A stretch of 42,288 bases of DNA from a virus (taxonomy: Duplodnaviria > Caudoviricetes), in IMG/VR virus record IMGVR_UViG_3300017560_000006, positions 1-42,288 of that record. One strand, 5' to 3'. Position numbers and translations under genes: made by a program. The notes beneath the pieces were generated by a model, which had not been told where the DNA came from, did not search any database, and was given only the letters and a program-made list of their open reading frames with translations. Positions within the stretch are counted from its first letter, which is position 1. The number at the start of each line of letters is the position of its first letter. Of the stretch, positions 1-8,800 are shown in pieces.

Positions 1-123
1 GTCCACGTACCGCCGAGGGTCGAGCCGACCGTGATGACAGCGGTGGCAGCACCGGCGTCACAGTACATGGACTGGAAGGTTAGGAGGAAGGGCTTGGTTG
101 CCACCACGCGGAGCTGGGTGTTA
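1..123. repeat. Exact duplicate of 42166-42288 (circular assembly overlap)
   Basis: gtccacgtac...gagctgggtgtta is identical at both ends and lies inside a continuous ORF, so it is an assembly overlap and not the physical terminal repeat. Confidence 0.95.
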
Positions 124-257
124 GCGGAGAACGCCCTATACGCACGGTAAGACTTGCCCGCGAGGAACGCGCTGGACAGTGGTGTGATGCTCAGGGCGCC
201 GTCGAAGCTCTTGGCTTGACCTTGGGAGCCAAGTCGATCAGTGATTGTCAGTGCCAT
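1..257 (-). CDS. 5' part of the last late gene, continuing across the junction into 41898-42288 (174 aa total); possible virion protein
   Basis: ATG at 257 reads MALTITDRLGSQGQAKSFDG...NTQLRVVATKPF in frame with the 41898..42272 ORF; Thr/Gly-rich. Confidence 0.75.
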   Translation of the reverse strand, partial: MALTITDRLGSQGQAKSFDGALSITPLSSAFLAGKSYRAYRAFSANTQLRVVATKPFLLTFQSMYCDAGAATAVITVGSTLGGTW

Positions 258-471
258 CAGGTGATACTCCATTGAGGGCGTTGCATTGTCGCAGGGCTTC
301 CTGATAGGCCTGTAGTGCTTCGGCCAGGCCACCCTGTAGGGTAGGGTCAATCAGGGGTTCTTGGCACGCCACCGGCTGCGGGAGAGCATCTGGCGGGCGG
401 TTTGCACAGGCTGTCAGCGACAGCAGGAGGGACAGGGCGATCAGCCCACTCACGATTCTCTTTGAGAGCAT
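238..471 (-). CDS. Rz1: o-spanin (Rz1-like lipoprotein)
   Basis: Signal peptide with lipobox LTAC, Pro-rich, overlaps the 3' end of the i-spanin. Confidence 0.85.
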   Translation of the reverse strand: MLSKRIVSGLIALSLLLSLTACANRPPDALPQPVACQEPLIDPTLQGGLAEALQAYQEALRQCNALNGVSPDGTDNH

Positions 472-691
472 TTCTCAACTCCTGACGGTTGGCGTCGGCC
501 CGCAGTTTCTCCTTGGCCACTTGGGTCTGGACACGGGCTGTGAGGCGCTGGGAGGCCTCCAGCCGCTGCGATAGCTCCTCCACCTGTATAGACATACTGG
601 CCACGGTCTCGCGGCTCAATTTGAGGCCGTATAGGGCCGCCAGCAGGCAGAGGAGGAGCACGCCAGCGGCGATGCTAACGTACTTCAACAT
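347..691 (-). CDS. Rz: i-spanin (Rz-like)
   Basis: N-terminal TM (MLKYVSIAAGVLLLCLLAALYG), coiled coil, WADRPVPPAV motif; follows the endolysin. Confidence 0.85.
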   Translation of the reverse strand: MLKYVSIAAGVLLLCLLAALYGLKLSRETVASMSIQVEELSQRLEASQRLTARVQTQVAKEKLRADANRQELRNALKENREWADRPVPPAVADSLCKPPARCSPAAGGVPRTPD

Positions 692-1160
692 AGGGCTTGC
701 TCCATAAGGTAGCTTCGGTTTGGCGTCTAAGCACCAGACCGTAGCATTTGTTGGCTCGTACTGCGCAGTCGAGCTTACCGACGAAGCGCCAGCGAGCAAA
801 CTGCTTGCCTGCAGCCTCGTAGTCGCCTGCACGGATCAAGCGGAAGAGGGTAGAGTTGTCGCAGGCGGTGCGGCCTACGTTGTAACAGAAGGAAATCAGT
901 GCTGCGTACTGGTTAGGGTTGAGTCCCGGAAGCTTCTTAGACACCCAAGCATGCTCTTCGATCACCGACTCGCGGAGAATGTCGTAGCACAGCTGCTTGG
1001 TAAGTGGCTGGGTGGGGACTTTACCACGGGTTTCGCCGTAGCACCACGTCACCACACCGCCCGTATCCTTGTAAGGCTTGAGTCCGAGGCCTTCAACCCC
1101 TGCCAGTAACGCGGTAGCAGCCACTACGGCGCTAGCTACGTACTTGGCAAGGGGTCTCAT
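675..1160 (-). CDS. SAR endolysin, GH24 phage lysozyme
   Basis: Ala/Gly-rich N-terminal SAR helix, then EG-x7-D-x5-T catalytic triad, T-x-CYG-x-T, SFCYNVG, GLVLRR. Confidence 0.92.
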   Translation of the reverse strand: MRPLAKYVASAVVAATALLAGVEGLGLKPYKDTGGVVTWCYGETRGKVPTQPLTKQLCYDILRESVIEEHAWVSKKLPGLNPNQYAALISFCYNVGRTACDNSTLFRLIRAGDYEAAGKQFARWRFVGKLDCAVRANKCYGLVLRRQTEATLWSKPYVEVR

Positions 1161-1170
1161 AGGTCACCTA

Positions 1171-1668
1171 TTAGGTCAAAGTGATGTTGGCCGAGGTCAC
1201 GGAGTCAGTGGCACCGGTGTTGATGGTGGTGCCGATGACAGTGCCGACACCAGCAGCCGAGCCTTTCAGGGTAACAGTGACGTTACCAGAGGCATCGGTG
1301 ACGCCAGAGGCAGCCGACAGGGTGTTGGTGGCTGCAGTTGCCCCGCCCTTGGTGAAGTTCACGGTTGCACCAGCGAGGTTGACGCCGTTGCGCTTCACGT
1401 TGAAGGTGACGGAGCTGGTCGCTGTGTTGTTGGCGGCGATGCTCGACGGCGTTGGTGCGCCAGCAGTGATGGTGTACTCTGGTGCCGCTTCCAACACGTA
1501 GGTGTTTACGTCAGCGATGAAAGCTTTGAAGTCAGCGAAAGCTGCCTCTGGGGTTTGCCCGCGTGCGACAGCAATCTCTGCTTGCGACAGGAGCCATGCC
1601 ACCTCACGACGAACTGCTTGTGCAGAGCGCAGGCGACCGGGCGATGCGAATTGGGATGCTTTGGCCAT
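1171..1668 (-). CDS. Putative virion protein with C-terminal Ig-like (Big_1, invasin/intimin type) domain
   Basis: GVNLAGATVNFT...LSAASGVTDASGNVTVTL is a Big_1-type pattern; GGAG SD before ATG 1668. Confidence 0.75.
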   Translation of the reverse strand: MAKASQFASPGRLRSAQAVRREVAWLLSQAEIAVARGQTPEAAFADFKAFIADVNTYVLEAAPEYTITAGAPTPSSIAANNTATSSVTFNVKRNGVNLAGATVNFTKGGATAATNTLSAASGVTDASGNVTVTLKGSAAGVGTVIGTTINTGATDSVTSANITLT

Positions 1669-1672
1669 GATT

Positions 1673-3424
1673 CTATCTCCGGCGAATTGTTGATTGGAAC
1701 ACTCTTGCTCCAACCTTGGGTTGTGTACAGCGGTTGTGCATCATTGGGTCTCTGAGCCACTTGGTGTACTCAGCGTCCCGTGCTTTAGCCTCTTGCTCCT
1801 GCTGGTCCTGCGCCAGTGCACGCACGAGTGGCATGATGGCGCCAGCGAGGGCGTCGAGTCGGTCATCCTTCACCAGCGCACCGCGATCACGAGTGACCTT
1901 GGTGAACTGGAACAGGAAGCTGAACAGCTGGCGCTTGACCGCCTCGTGCCATCCAGTGGATTCCCAGTCCTTCTCCAGCACGCTCTCATCGATGATAAGC
2001 GAGCCTCGGCCAAGGATTGGTTCTAACGTGTCGCAGATGCGCAGCTCTTTCTGCCCGGACTCCCACGTCTCCTCAATCTTGCCCATCCATCCGGCTTTAC
2101 GCAGGCGGGGCAGGATGATGTTGGTGAACGCACCGTTGCCGAGGTTCTTCTCCACGTCAACAACGTCGGGGTTCCACTTCACGATTGCAGCTGCGAGTGC
2201 GTCGAGCTGCGGATCGTCGTAGCCACCCTTCACGGCGTCGATGTCGCGGATGAAGATGTTGCCGTTGAGCTGGTCGATGACGGCGTAGGCCGACTCGTCC
2301 CCGTTCACGCCGCCGCCCGCCGGGTCCACACGCATACGGCGATGGGTCGGCTTGGATACGTGCTTGGAGACCTCCTGCGGCAGGCTCACGGCCACCTTGA
2401 CGGTGCCGGATTGGTACTGGCGCAGGTACTCTGGGGTCATGCCCCGGACCACGGACTCGGGCAGCATGTCGTTCAGGCGCATCACGATCAGGTTCTTGGC
2501 CTTGAGCGGGAAGCGGGCCTCATCGCTGATGGCCGTGCAGAGCATGTACTGCAGTTCAAAGTACGCGGCGCCCTGCTTCTCCTTGTTCTGCAGGGTCAGC
2601 TCGTCCAGCAGCACCGGGTCGGTTGGCTTGCCTCGGCTCCCATCCAGCCCGCCGCCTATGGTCAGGCTGCCATCCCGTTCGATGGCTGCCCGGATAGACG
2701 GAGCGAGCATTTCGCCGTAGTACTCCATCTGCTTCTGGTTCGGGAAGCGCCCCGGCCAGATGCGGACGGTGAACCCTTGGGCGGGCAGGTCGTTGTAAAT
2801 CGACTCGCCGGTTTGGGGTGTACCGAGGTAGACAATCCGGCCCTTGGTGCAGATGGCCGAGAACTCCTTGATACGCTGGCGCAGCAGCTCTCGGTTGGTA
2901 GCGGTGGCCGCGTTCTTGGGCGACTCGATGTCATCCGCGATCAGCAGGTCAGCACGCTTGCCTGGGAGGTTGCCACCAACGCCCGCGCATCGCACGGAGG
3001 GCGACTTGTCCACGCCCTTGAGGGAGCCGTGAACGTCGAACGCCTCTACCGATACCTTGTCGCCCCGACTGGCATCAGGCCGCAGGCAGGAGAGGATTTC
3101 CATGTTGGTGATGAGGCGGGAAATCAGGGTGGAGATTTCGCTCGACAGGTCGTTACCCGCCGAGACGATCAGCACCCGAAGCTTAGGGTTGTGGATCAGG
3201 CACCACACAGCGAAGATGGCCGTGATGGTAGTCTTGGCCTGCCCGCGCTGTGCCTGCACCATCAGGTACTGCGGCCCGTGTTCGAGGAACAGGGCGATGT
3301 CCTTCTGGATTTCGCTGGTAGAGAACCCTAGGAACTTCATGCACACCATCAGGAAGGGCACGAAGCTAGAGAACGTCTTTTGCAGCAGCTCCAGTTGTTC
3401 TAGCCTAGGGTTCTTCTGTCTCAT
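1673..3424 (-). CDS. terL: Terminase large subunit
   Basis: QAQRGQAKT Walker A, LLIADDIE Walker B, YLGTPQ, VDPAGGG and DDRLDALA nuclease motifs. Confidence 0.96.
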   Translation of the reverse strand: MRQKNPRLEQLELLQKTFSSFVPFLMVCMKFLGFSTSEIQKDIALFLEHGPQYLMVQAQRGQAKTTITAIFAVWCLIHNPKLRVLIVSAGNDLSSEISTLISRLITNMEILSCLRPDASRGDKVSVEAFDVHGSLKGVDKSPSVRCAGVGGNLPGKRADLLIADDIESPKNAATATNRELLRQRIKEFSAICTKGRIVYLGTPQTGESIYNDLPAQGFTVRIWPGRFPNQKQMEYYGEMLAPSIRAAIERDGSLTIGGGLDGSRGKPTDPVLLDELTLQNKEKQGAAYFELQYMLCTAISDEARFPLKAKNLIVMRLNDMLPESVVRGMTPEYLRQYQSGTVKVAVSLPQEVSKHVSKPTHRRMRVDPAGGGVNGDESAYAVIDQLNGNIFIRDIDAVKGGYDDPQLDALAAAIVKWNPDVVDVEKNLGNGAFTNIILPRLRKAGWMGKIEETWESGQKELRICDTLEPILGRGSLIIDESVLEKDWESTGWHEAVKRQLFSFLFQFTKVTRDRGALVKDDRLDALAGAIMPLVRALAQDQQEQEAKARDAEYTKWLRDPMMHNRCTQPKVGARVFQSTIRRR

Positions 3425-3729
3425 TGCATTGTTCCGATCTGAGGCATGCGGCTGTTGAAGTCGTCCATGATGTCTGCCAGTTCATTGGCACCGACTACTC
3501 CCTTGGTTGCTTCGGCAATCTGGCCTTGCAGCTCCTCCAGAGCCTTGTTGCCGGATACCTCAGCCTGCACGCCGTTATCTTTCAGGAAGGCCCGGATCAC
3601 GGCCAGCTCAGCAGCGCTGATAGCCTTACGCACTTCCGGGTCTGGATCCATGGCTTCCTGCATCCGCTGCTCCCAGTACAGGGTAAACAGCTGGTGCAGT
3701 CCGCCGAGTTGGTCAGAGCTGGCGGCCAT
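3421..3729 (-). CDS. terS: Terminase small subunit
   Basis: AAELAVIRAFLKDNGV motif of the T7 gp18 family; directly upstream of terL. Confidence 0.88.
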   Translation of the reverse strand: MAASSDQLGGLHQLFTLYWEQRMQEAMDPDPEVRKAISAAELAVIRAFLKDNGVQAEVSGNKALEELQGQIAEATKGVVGANELADIMDDFNSRMPQIGTMQ

Positions 3730-3914
3730 TACGGTTTCCTCTTGAAGCGGTCGTACAGGTAGAACCCGGCCTGAATCGCAATCCACAGCACGGTGACTAC
3801 CTGCACGATGTTGGACATCGGGAGACCGGCGAACCAGTCGGTGAAGCTCGCCCCAGCTACTGCAACGGGCGGTGCGTTCCTTACTACCACGTCAGCAGTA
3901 TCTGCGAGCGACAT
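3729..3914 (-). CDS. Holin (T7 gp17.5-like)
   Basis: 61 aa, APPVAVAG, hydrophobic helices, basic C-terminus; sits before terS. Confidence 0.82.
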   Translation of the reverse strand: MSLADTADVVVRNAPPVAVAGASFTDWFAGLPMSNIVQVVTVLWIAIQAGFYLYDRFKRKP

Positions 3915-3918
3915 GATG

Positions 3919-4191
3919 TTAACTCCTCAAGTTGTAGCCAGCCGAGACGTTGATGGTCTCGGGAGCTGGCGCTTTGTCGGATTCATACGGCAGGGCCACC
4001 TTAACGACGTACCCGTTGCCGAACTCCTCCACACTGGTGACTTGCGGTGGCATGAACTCAGGCAGAGTCAGGTCTCGGATGACGTGCTGTGACAAGTCGT
4101 ACACGACTCCGTTGACCCGAATCTCCTGTTCGCTCACCACGGTTAAGTCGAGCTTATTGGCCGAGTACTGCGGCTGAATCTTCACGATCAT
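3919..4191 (-). CDS. Putative tail fibre assembly chaperone
   Basis: MIVKIQPQ...IRVNGVVYDLS resembles the small genes that follow Pseudomonas phage fibres; start overlaps the fibre stop. Confidence 0.6.
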   Translation of the reverse strand: MIVKIQPQYSANKLDLTVVSEQEIRVNGVVYDLSQHVIRDLTLPEFMPPQVTSVEEFGNGYVVKVALPYESDKAPAPETINVSAGYNLRS

Positions 4192-5777
4192 TAGAACCAC
4201 CTGCCAATTGCGATGACCATCACCGAGCACGAAATCGTGCCAGTGGATGGGGAGAAGATCAAGAAGGCTTGGGTGCCGGTGGTAGACGGGAACGCCGACC
4301 CCTCAGTAACCCACGCCGTACCAGTCGAACTCACAACGTCGATGGTGCAGGACGGCGAGCCTACAAACGAGGCCGCGAAGCTGCGGGACGAGACGAAGCC
4401 ACTGCGGAACAGGGCACCGTCAGCCGTGGTCACGGCGATGCTGCCGAGGTTGTATTGGCCCCAGCAGATCTGCGTGCCGTCAGCGTACCGCACGAACTCA
4501 CCGTTGGCGTTGCTGCCGCGCTGGATGATCCCACCGAGAGGCACGCCGCCCGACTGGTCAACCGCAGCAAGGATGTTCGCCCGACGATAGAAGTCCGGCA
4601 GGGCAGCACTCACAGCAGCCGAGTCGGCAGCGGCCAGCAGTGCACGGCCAGCAGTGCCAGAGGCGATAGTGGTGAACGTGTCGGTGCCGGAGCCAATAGG
4701 CACTTGGTTGGCCGCGATGGTCAGAGCCGCCAGCCCCGTCAGGGTGGCGTCCAAGTTCTGCTTACCAGACTGCAATGCACTGATCTGCGAGGCCTGCGTG
4801 GCATTGACGCCGTTGATGTTACTGATGTCAATGGTGTGCAGGGCAATGTCAGCTTCTGTGTTGTCGATGCGAGTATCGAAGCTGTTGGCCAGAGCCAGTG
4901 CATCGTTGGCCGTAGACAGCGCAGTGTTGGCCGTCGAGACCGCAGCGTTGGCGTTGGTCAATGCGGTATTGGCCGTGCCAGCAATGGCGTTGGCAGTGCT
5001 CTCCGCAGAGGACGCCTGTGTGGCAGCCGCGTTGGCGGTAGCTACAGCAGCGTTGGCGTTGGCCAGTGCGGTATTGGCGGTGCCCGCGATTGCGCCAGCA
5101 GTGGCAGCAGCCGCGTTGGCGGTAGCTACAGCAGCAGCGGAGGCGTCGAGCGCATCCTGAGCCTTGCCGTCGATGGCGTTGGCCGTAGACAGTGCAGTGG
5201 CTGCCGTGGCGCTGGCTGCGTCAGCGGTGGTGCTGGCCGCGTTGGCCGTGACAACTGCGGCAGCGGCCTGGGACTGGGCGAAGTTCGCCGTGGCGATAGC
5301 CGAGTCAGCCTTGGTCTCTGCCTCGTTGGCCGTGCTGATAGCCTCGTAAGCAACGGTGGTCGCCTGCGAGATATCGGCCTTGGCCCGCTGTGCGAGGTCG
5401 TGGGCTTCCTGCACGATGAAGATGGTCTGCCGGTTGGCGAGGTCGAGGTCGGACTCGCTCACAGTCTGGAGGGCTTGGTAGTCCACCAGATTGTACTCGT
5501 CCTGTGTTGCTCGATACACGCGGCAGATGGTGCCCACCGGACAGGCCGGGGTCACGTTAAACTGGTTGGGTCCGACGTAGGTCACAGTCAGAGGCGTCTC
5601 GGTCTCGGGTGTGGTAGGCGTAGCGGGTGTAATCTGGCTAGCCTTAACGTCTGCCGAGGAGAGGTACGGCACCGTTCCGCCACCCGCATCAGGGCGATTG
5701 CCCTTGAAGCTGACGGTACGCAGAGTGGTGACGCCATCACCCGGAAAGTCATTTGACGCCAAGTATGGATCGGGCAT
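4191..5777 (-). CDS. Tail fibre protein
   Basis: T7 gp17-like N-terminal adaptor (FPGDGVT, YRAT, LVDY, DLDLANRQTIFIVQE), Ala-rich coiled shaft, C-terminal GSNANGEFVRYADGTQICW...AIGRWF tip. Confidence 0.92.
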   Translation of the reverse strand: MPDPYLASNDFPGDGVTTLRTVSFKGNRPDAGGGTVPYLSSADVKASQITPATPTTPETETPLTVTYVGPNQFNVTPACPVGTICRVYRATQDEYNLVDYQALQTVSESDLDLANRQTIFIVQEAHDLAQRAKADISQATTVAYEAISTANEAETKADSAIATANFAQSQAAAAVVTANAASTTADAASATAATALSTANAIDGKAQDALDASAAAVATANAAAATAGAIAGTANTALANANAAVATANAAATQASSAESTANAIAGTANTALTNANAAVSTANTALSTANDALALANSFDTRIDNTEADIALHTIDISNINGVNATQASQISALQSGKQNLDATLTGLAALTIAANQVPIGSGTDTFTTIASGTAGRALLAAADSAAVSAALPDFYRRANILAAVDQSGGVPLGGIIQRGSNANGEFVRYADGTQICWGQYNLGSIAVTTADGALFRSGFVSSRSFAASFVGSPSCTIDVVSSTGTAWVTEGSAFPSTTGTQAFLIFSPSTGTISCSVMVIAIGRWF

Positions 5778-5802
5778 GGCAGCCGCTCCTATTGGGTTGA
5801 GT

Positions 5803-5821
5803 GTCCATATAGTAGGCCATT
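5803..5821 (-). promoter_or_regulatory. Phage RNAP promoter upstream of the tail fibre
   Basis: AATGGCCTACTATATGGAC, intergenic; one of six near-identical copies. Confidence 0.85.
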
Positions 5822-5845
5822 GGCACGTCCTTGTGCCTCATGGGT

Positions 5846-8800
5846 TTAGTCGGTGAAATTCATCAGCGGTGTAACGAACGGGAGGTTCTGGCCCGGCAGA
5901 GACCGAAGCAGCTCCCGAGGGTCACGCTCACCAATGGCTTGTACCGCGTTGTTGATGTAGCCGATGGATGGGATCGCATCCGCTGCGGACTTCTGTGCGC
6001 CAGTCCTGCCGCCACTCACGCTGTTGCCAGTAAGTGCAGCACCACTGTCGATCACGTCACCGAGCACACCGCTGATGGAGCTGTAGTTCAGCAGGTTGCG
6101 GGCGAACATACCGGGAGCCATCTGGCGGGCGATGTATTCGTCGCTGTCCTCACGACCGGCAGCGTTCAGGTGAACACGGGCCAGCTGAATCGGGATGGCG
6201 AACGACATCGAACCCAGCAGCAGGCCGACAGCCTTGATGCTGCCGAAGTCGGCACGCTGGCGGCTCCACTGTTTCTCCATCGACGTGATAGAGAACGTGC
6301 GGAACTGGGTCAGCAGACGCAGCAGGTCGTTGTGAGCCCACGCGCCGGTCTCACCGACGTAGGTGCCCTGAATGATCTGCTTGCTACCACGGTGCACGGC
6401 CTGCACGAACTCCATTGCGGCGTCCACGTCCTGTGCCTTGGTGATGTCCAGAGCGGTCAGGTTGCCTGCCGCGTCGAACTCCGCGATGTTGGGCAGCTCG
6501 GCTTTCAACCGCAGTCGCAGCGACGGGTTAAAGCCCATGCTGGCCAGAGCCTCGGATTCACGCCCCTCGTTGATGTACCGCAGGGACTTCATCACGATCT
6601 GCTCGGACATGCCACGGACCTGCGCCGAGTGCACGTAGTGGAAACCCGACAGCCAAGGCATGGCTTGGGCACCTCCACGGAGTACACGGTCGAACGCGTT
6701 GAGGTCGCCAGCGCCCCACACTTGGGTATCGTCCAGTTCCTGATACGGGAACACCACACGCTGGTCATGGCCGATTGGCCCGCCTACCAGCTCAATGGAG
6801 TCCAGCAGCGGGTTGGCCCGGCCCTTCACCACGTCCTTAATCAGGCGAGGCATTTCTGCTACCTGACGCAGGGCGCCGCCAAGGCCCAACAGCGGGAGGC
6901 TGTTGGAGAACTCAGCGAACTGGTTGAAGGCCATACCGCCCAGCATGCTCATGGACGACAGCAGGCGCAGGTTGCCCATGGCCTTGTTGCCAGTGCCGGG
7001 CAGCGGGGTGCCGTAGAACTCAGCCGCGATCTGGTCGAAGGCCCGCACCTCGTCGATGGTGGCCTGCTTCCCAGCAGGGTTGAAGTCTGCGATCAGGCGG
7101 CGCAACTGCATCAGGCCGTGCTGGCCGTAGATCCCGAAGTTGGCCAGAGCCACCTCACCGCTGACGCGGCGGGCGTAGTCCTGATAGAGCTTGGCTTGGT
7201 CGTGCTCGAAAGCGTCGGCCAAGTTGAACTCGTCGCCAGCCTCGGTGGTAACAGTCTTGTCGAGGTCGAGGTCCAAGCGCTTCTTGGTGAAGCCCTGCCC
7301 ACCACGGCTGAACCTGCCCAGCAGCTTCTCGATCTGGTCGTCAGGTACAGCACCGGCACGCATCACATCACGTAGCACGTCGGTCGCCTCGTCGCTGTAC
7401 AGGTTGGTAGGTGGGGTTACACCACCGCCAGCCTCCAGACGAGCACGCTCCACGTAGCCAGCTGCGATGCGCTCGGCAAACGGACGGTCGTTCCACTGGG
7501 CCTCCAGCTGGTCCGCGAACTCCTTGGACAGCGCCCGGCGTTGCTCGGCAGTGGCACCACGCGCCCACTTCTTGCTGATGCGGCGAGGGGAGTAGCCACG
7601 GGAGCTATCACCCAAGCGGGCAGAGCCAATGGTGTTGCGGGACTGCTGGTCCACACGCATGCGGTCGAATCCCTTCTCCAGCTGGTCAGCGTACCCGCGC
7701 ACGTCCACGTCGGTGCTGCCACCGAACCCACCATCTGCACGGCTGCGAATCTCCTGCGATACCTCACGCATGAACCGGTCACGCAGCTCGCCGGACATGA
7801 TGTCGGTGGCGATGTTGCCGTTGTTCCGGTTGCGCCATGCGGTGTAGTGCTGCTCGGCCAGCGCGAGGTACTCGTCGTACTGGCGTTGCAGGAGGTTCTT
7901 GTCCAGCGCGGCGGTGCGGCCACGGCCCAGTGCGCCGGTGGTGTTCTCCAGCAGGACGCCAGCGACCATCTGCGCTACCGGGTTCTTGGACTTAGCCAAC
8001 TGCAGACCGGTGGAAGCCAGCCACGGCATCTTGCCGAGGATGCTGTTAACCCGAGCTGCGTCCACTGGATTCTCCGCTGTCCAGCGTTCAGCCCGTGCGG
8101 CCATTTCCGTGAGGATCTGGATGTCAGAGGCGTTCTGCACCAGCAGTGGGTCGATGCCCCAAGCAGCGCCGACTGCATCCCGCTCAGCCTTGGGCAGCAG
8201 GAAGTCGGCAGGAGGCATGACGCGGCCCTCCGGCGTTACCATGGACTCGTCAGCGGCAGGCAGGAAGCGCTTACCATTGGCCACGCGGGCGTGAACGATC
8301 TGCATGGCGGCATTGTACCGGCTGCGCATGATGTTGTCCAGCTCGGCACGCACGGCCTCCGGGCTTGGCTCTGGGGCCAACTTGGTAGCTGCTGCGTTCA
8401 AGTCCTTGAGTGTGTCGGCAGCGGCTGCATCCTGAATGGCCTGTCCAGCGCGGTGTTGCTCGGCGCCGATGAACCGCTCGTAGTTCTCCACCTTGAAGTT
8501 GCCCGACTTGAGCTTGACAGTACGCTCCAGATTGACGATCACAGGCTGATTCAGCAGGTCGTCGTTCACGGCCAAGGCACGAGTAAGCACCGACTCCTCG
8601 TTGGCGCTCAAGCCAAGCACACGGCGCACGGTCTGCACCAGAGAGTTAAGCAGGGACTTGCCGTCTCCGCGTACAGGCACGGTGGCAAGGAAGTTCAGGA
8701 ACTCCTTGTCCTGCGAGAACAGGCCAGCCACGAACTCATCCTTGTTCTTGAGGTAGTACTTGGTGTGCAGCTCAAACTCTTTGCCCTTGGCAGCCTTGCT

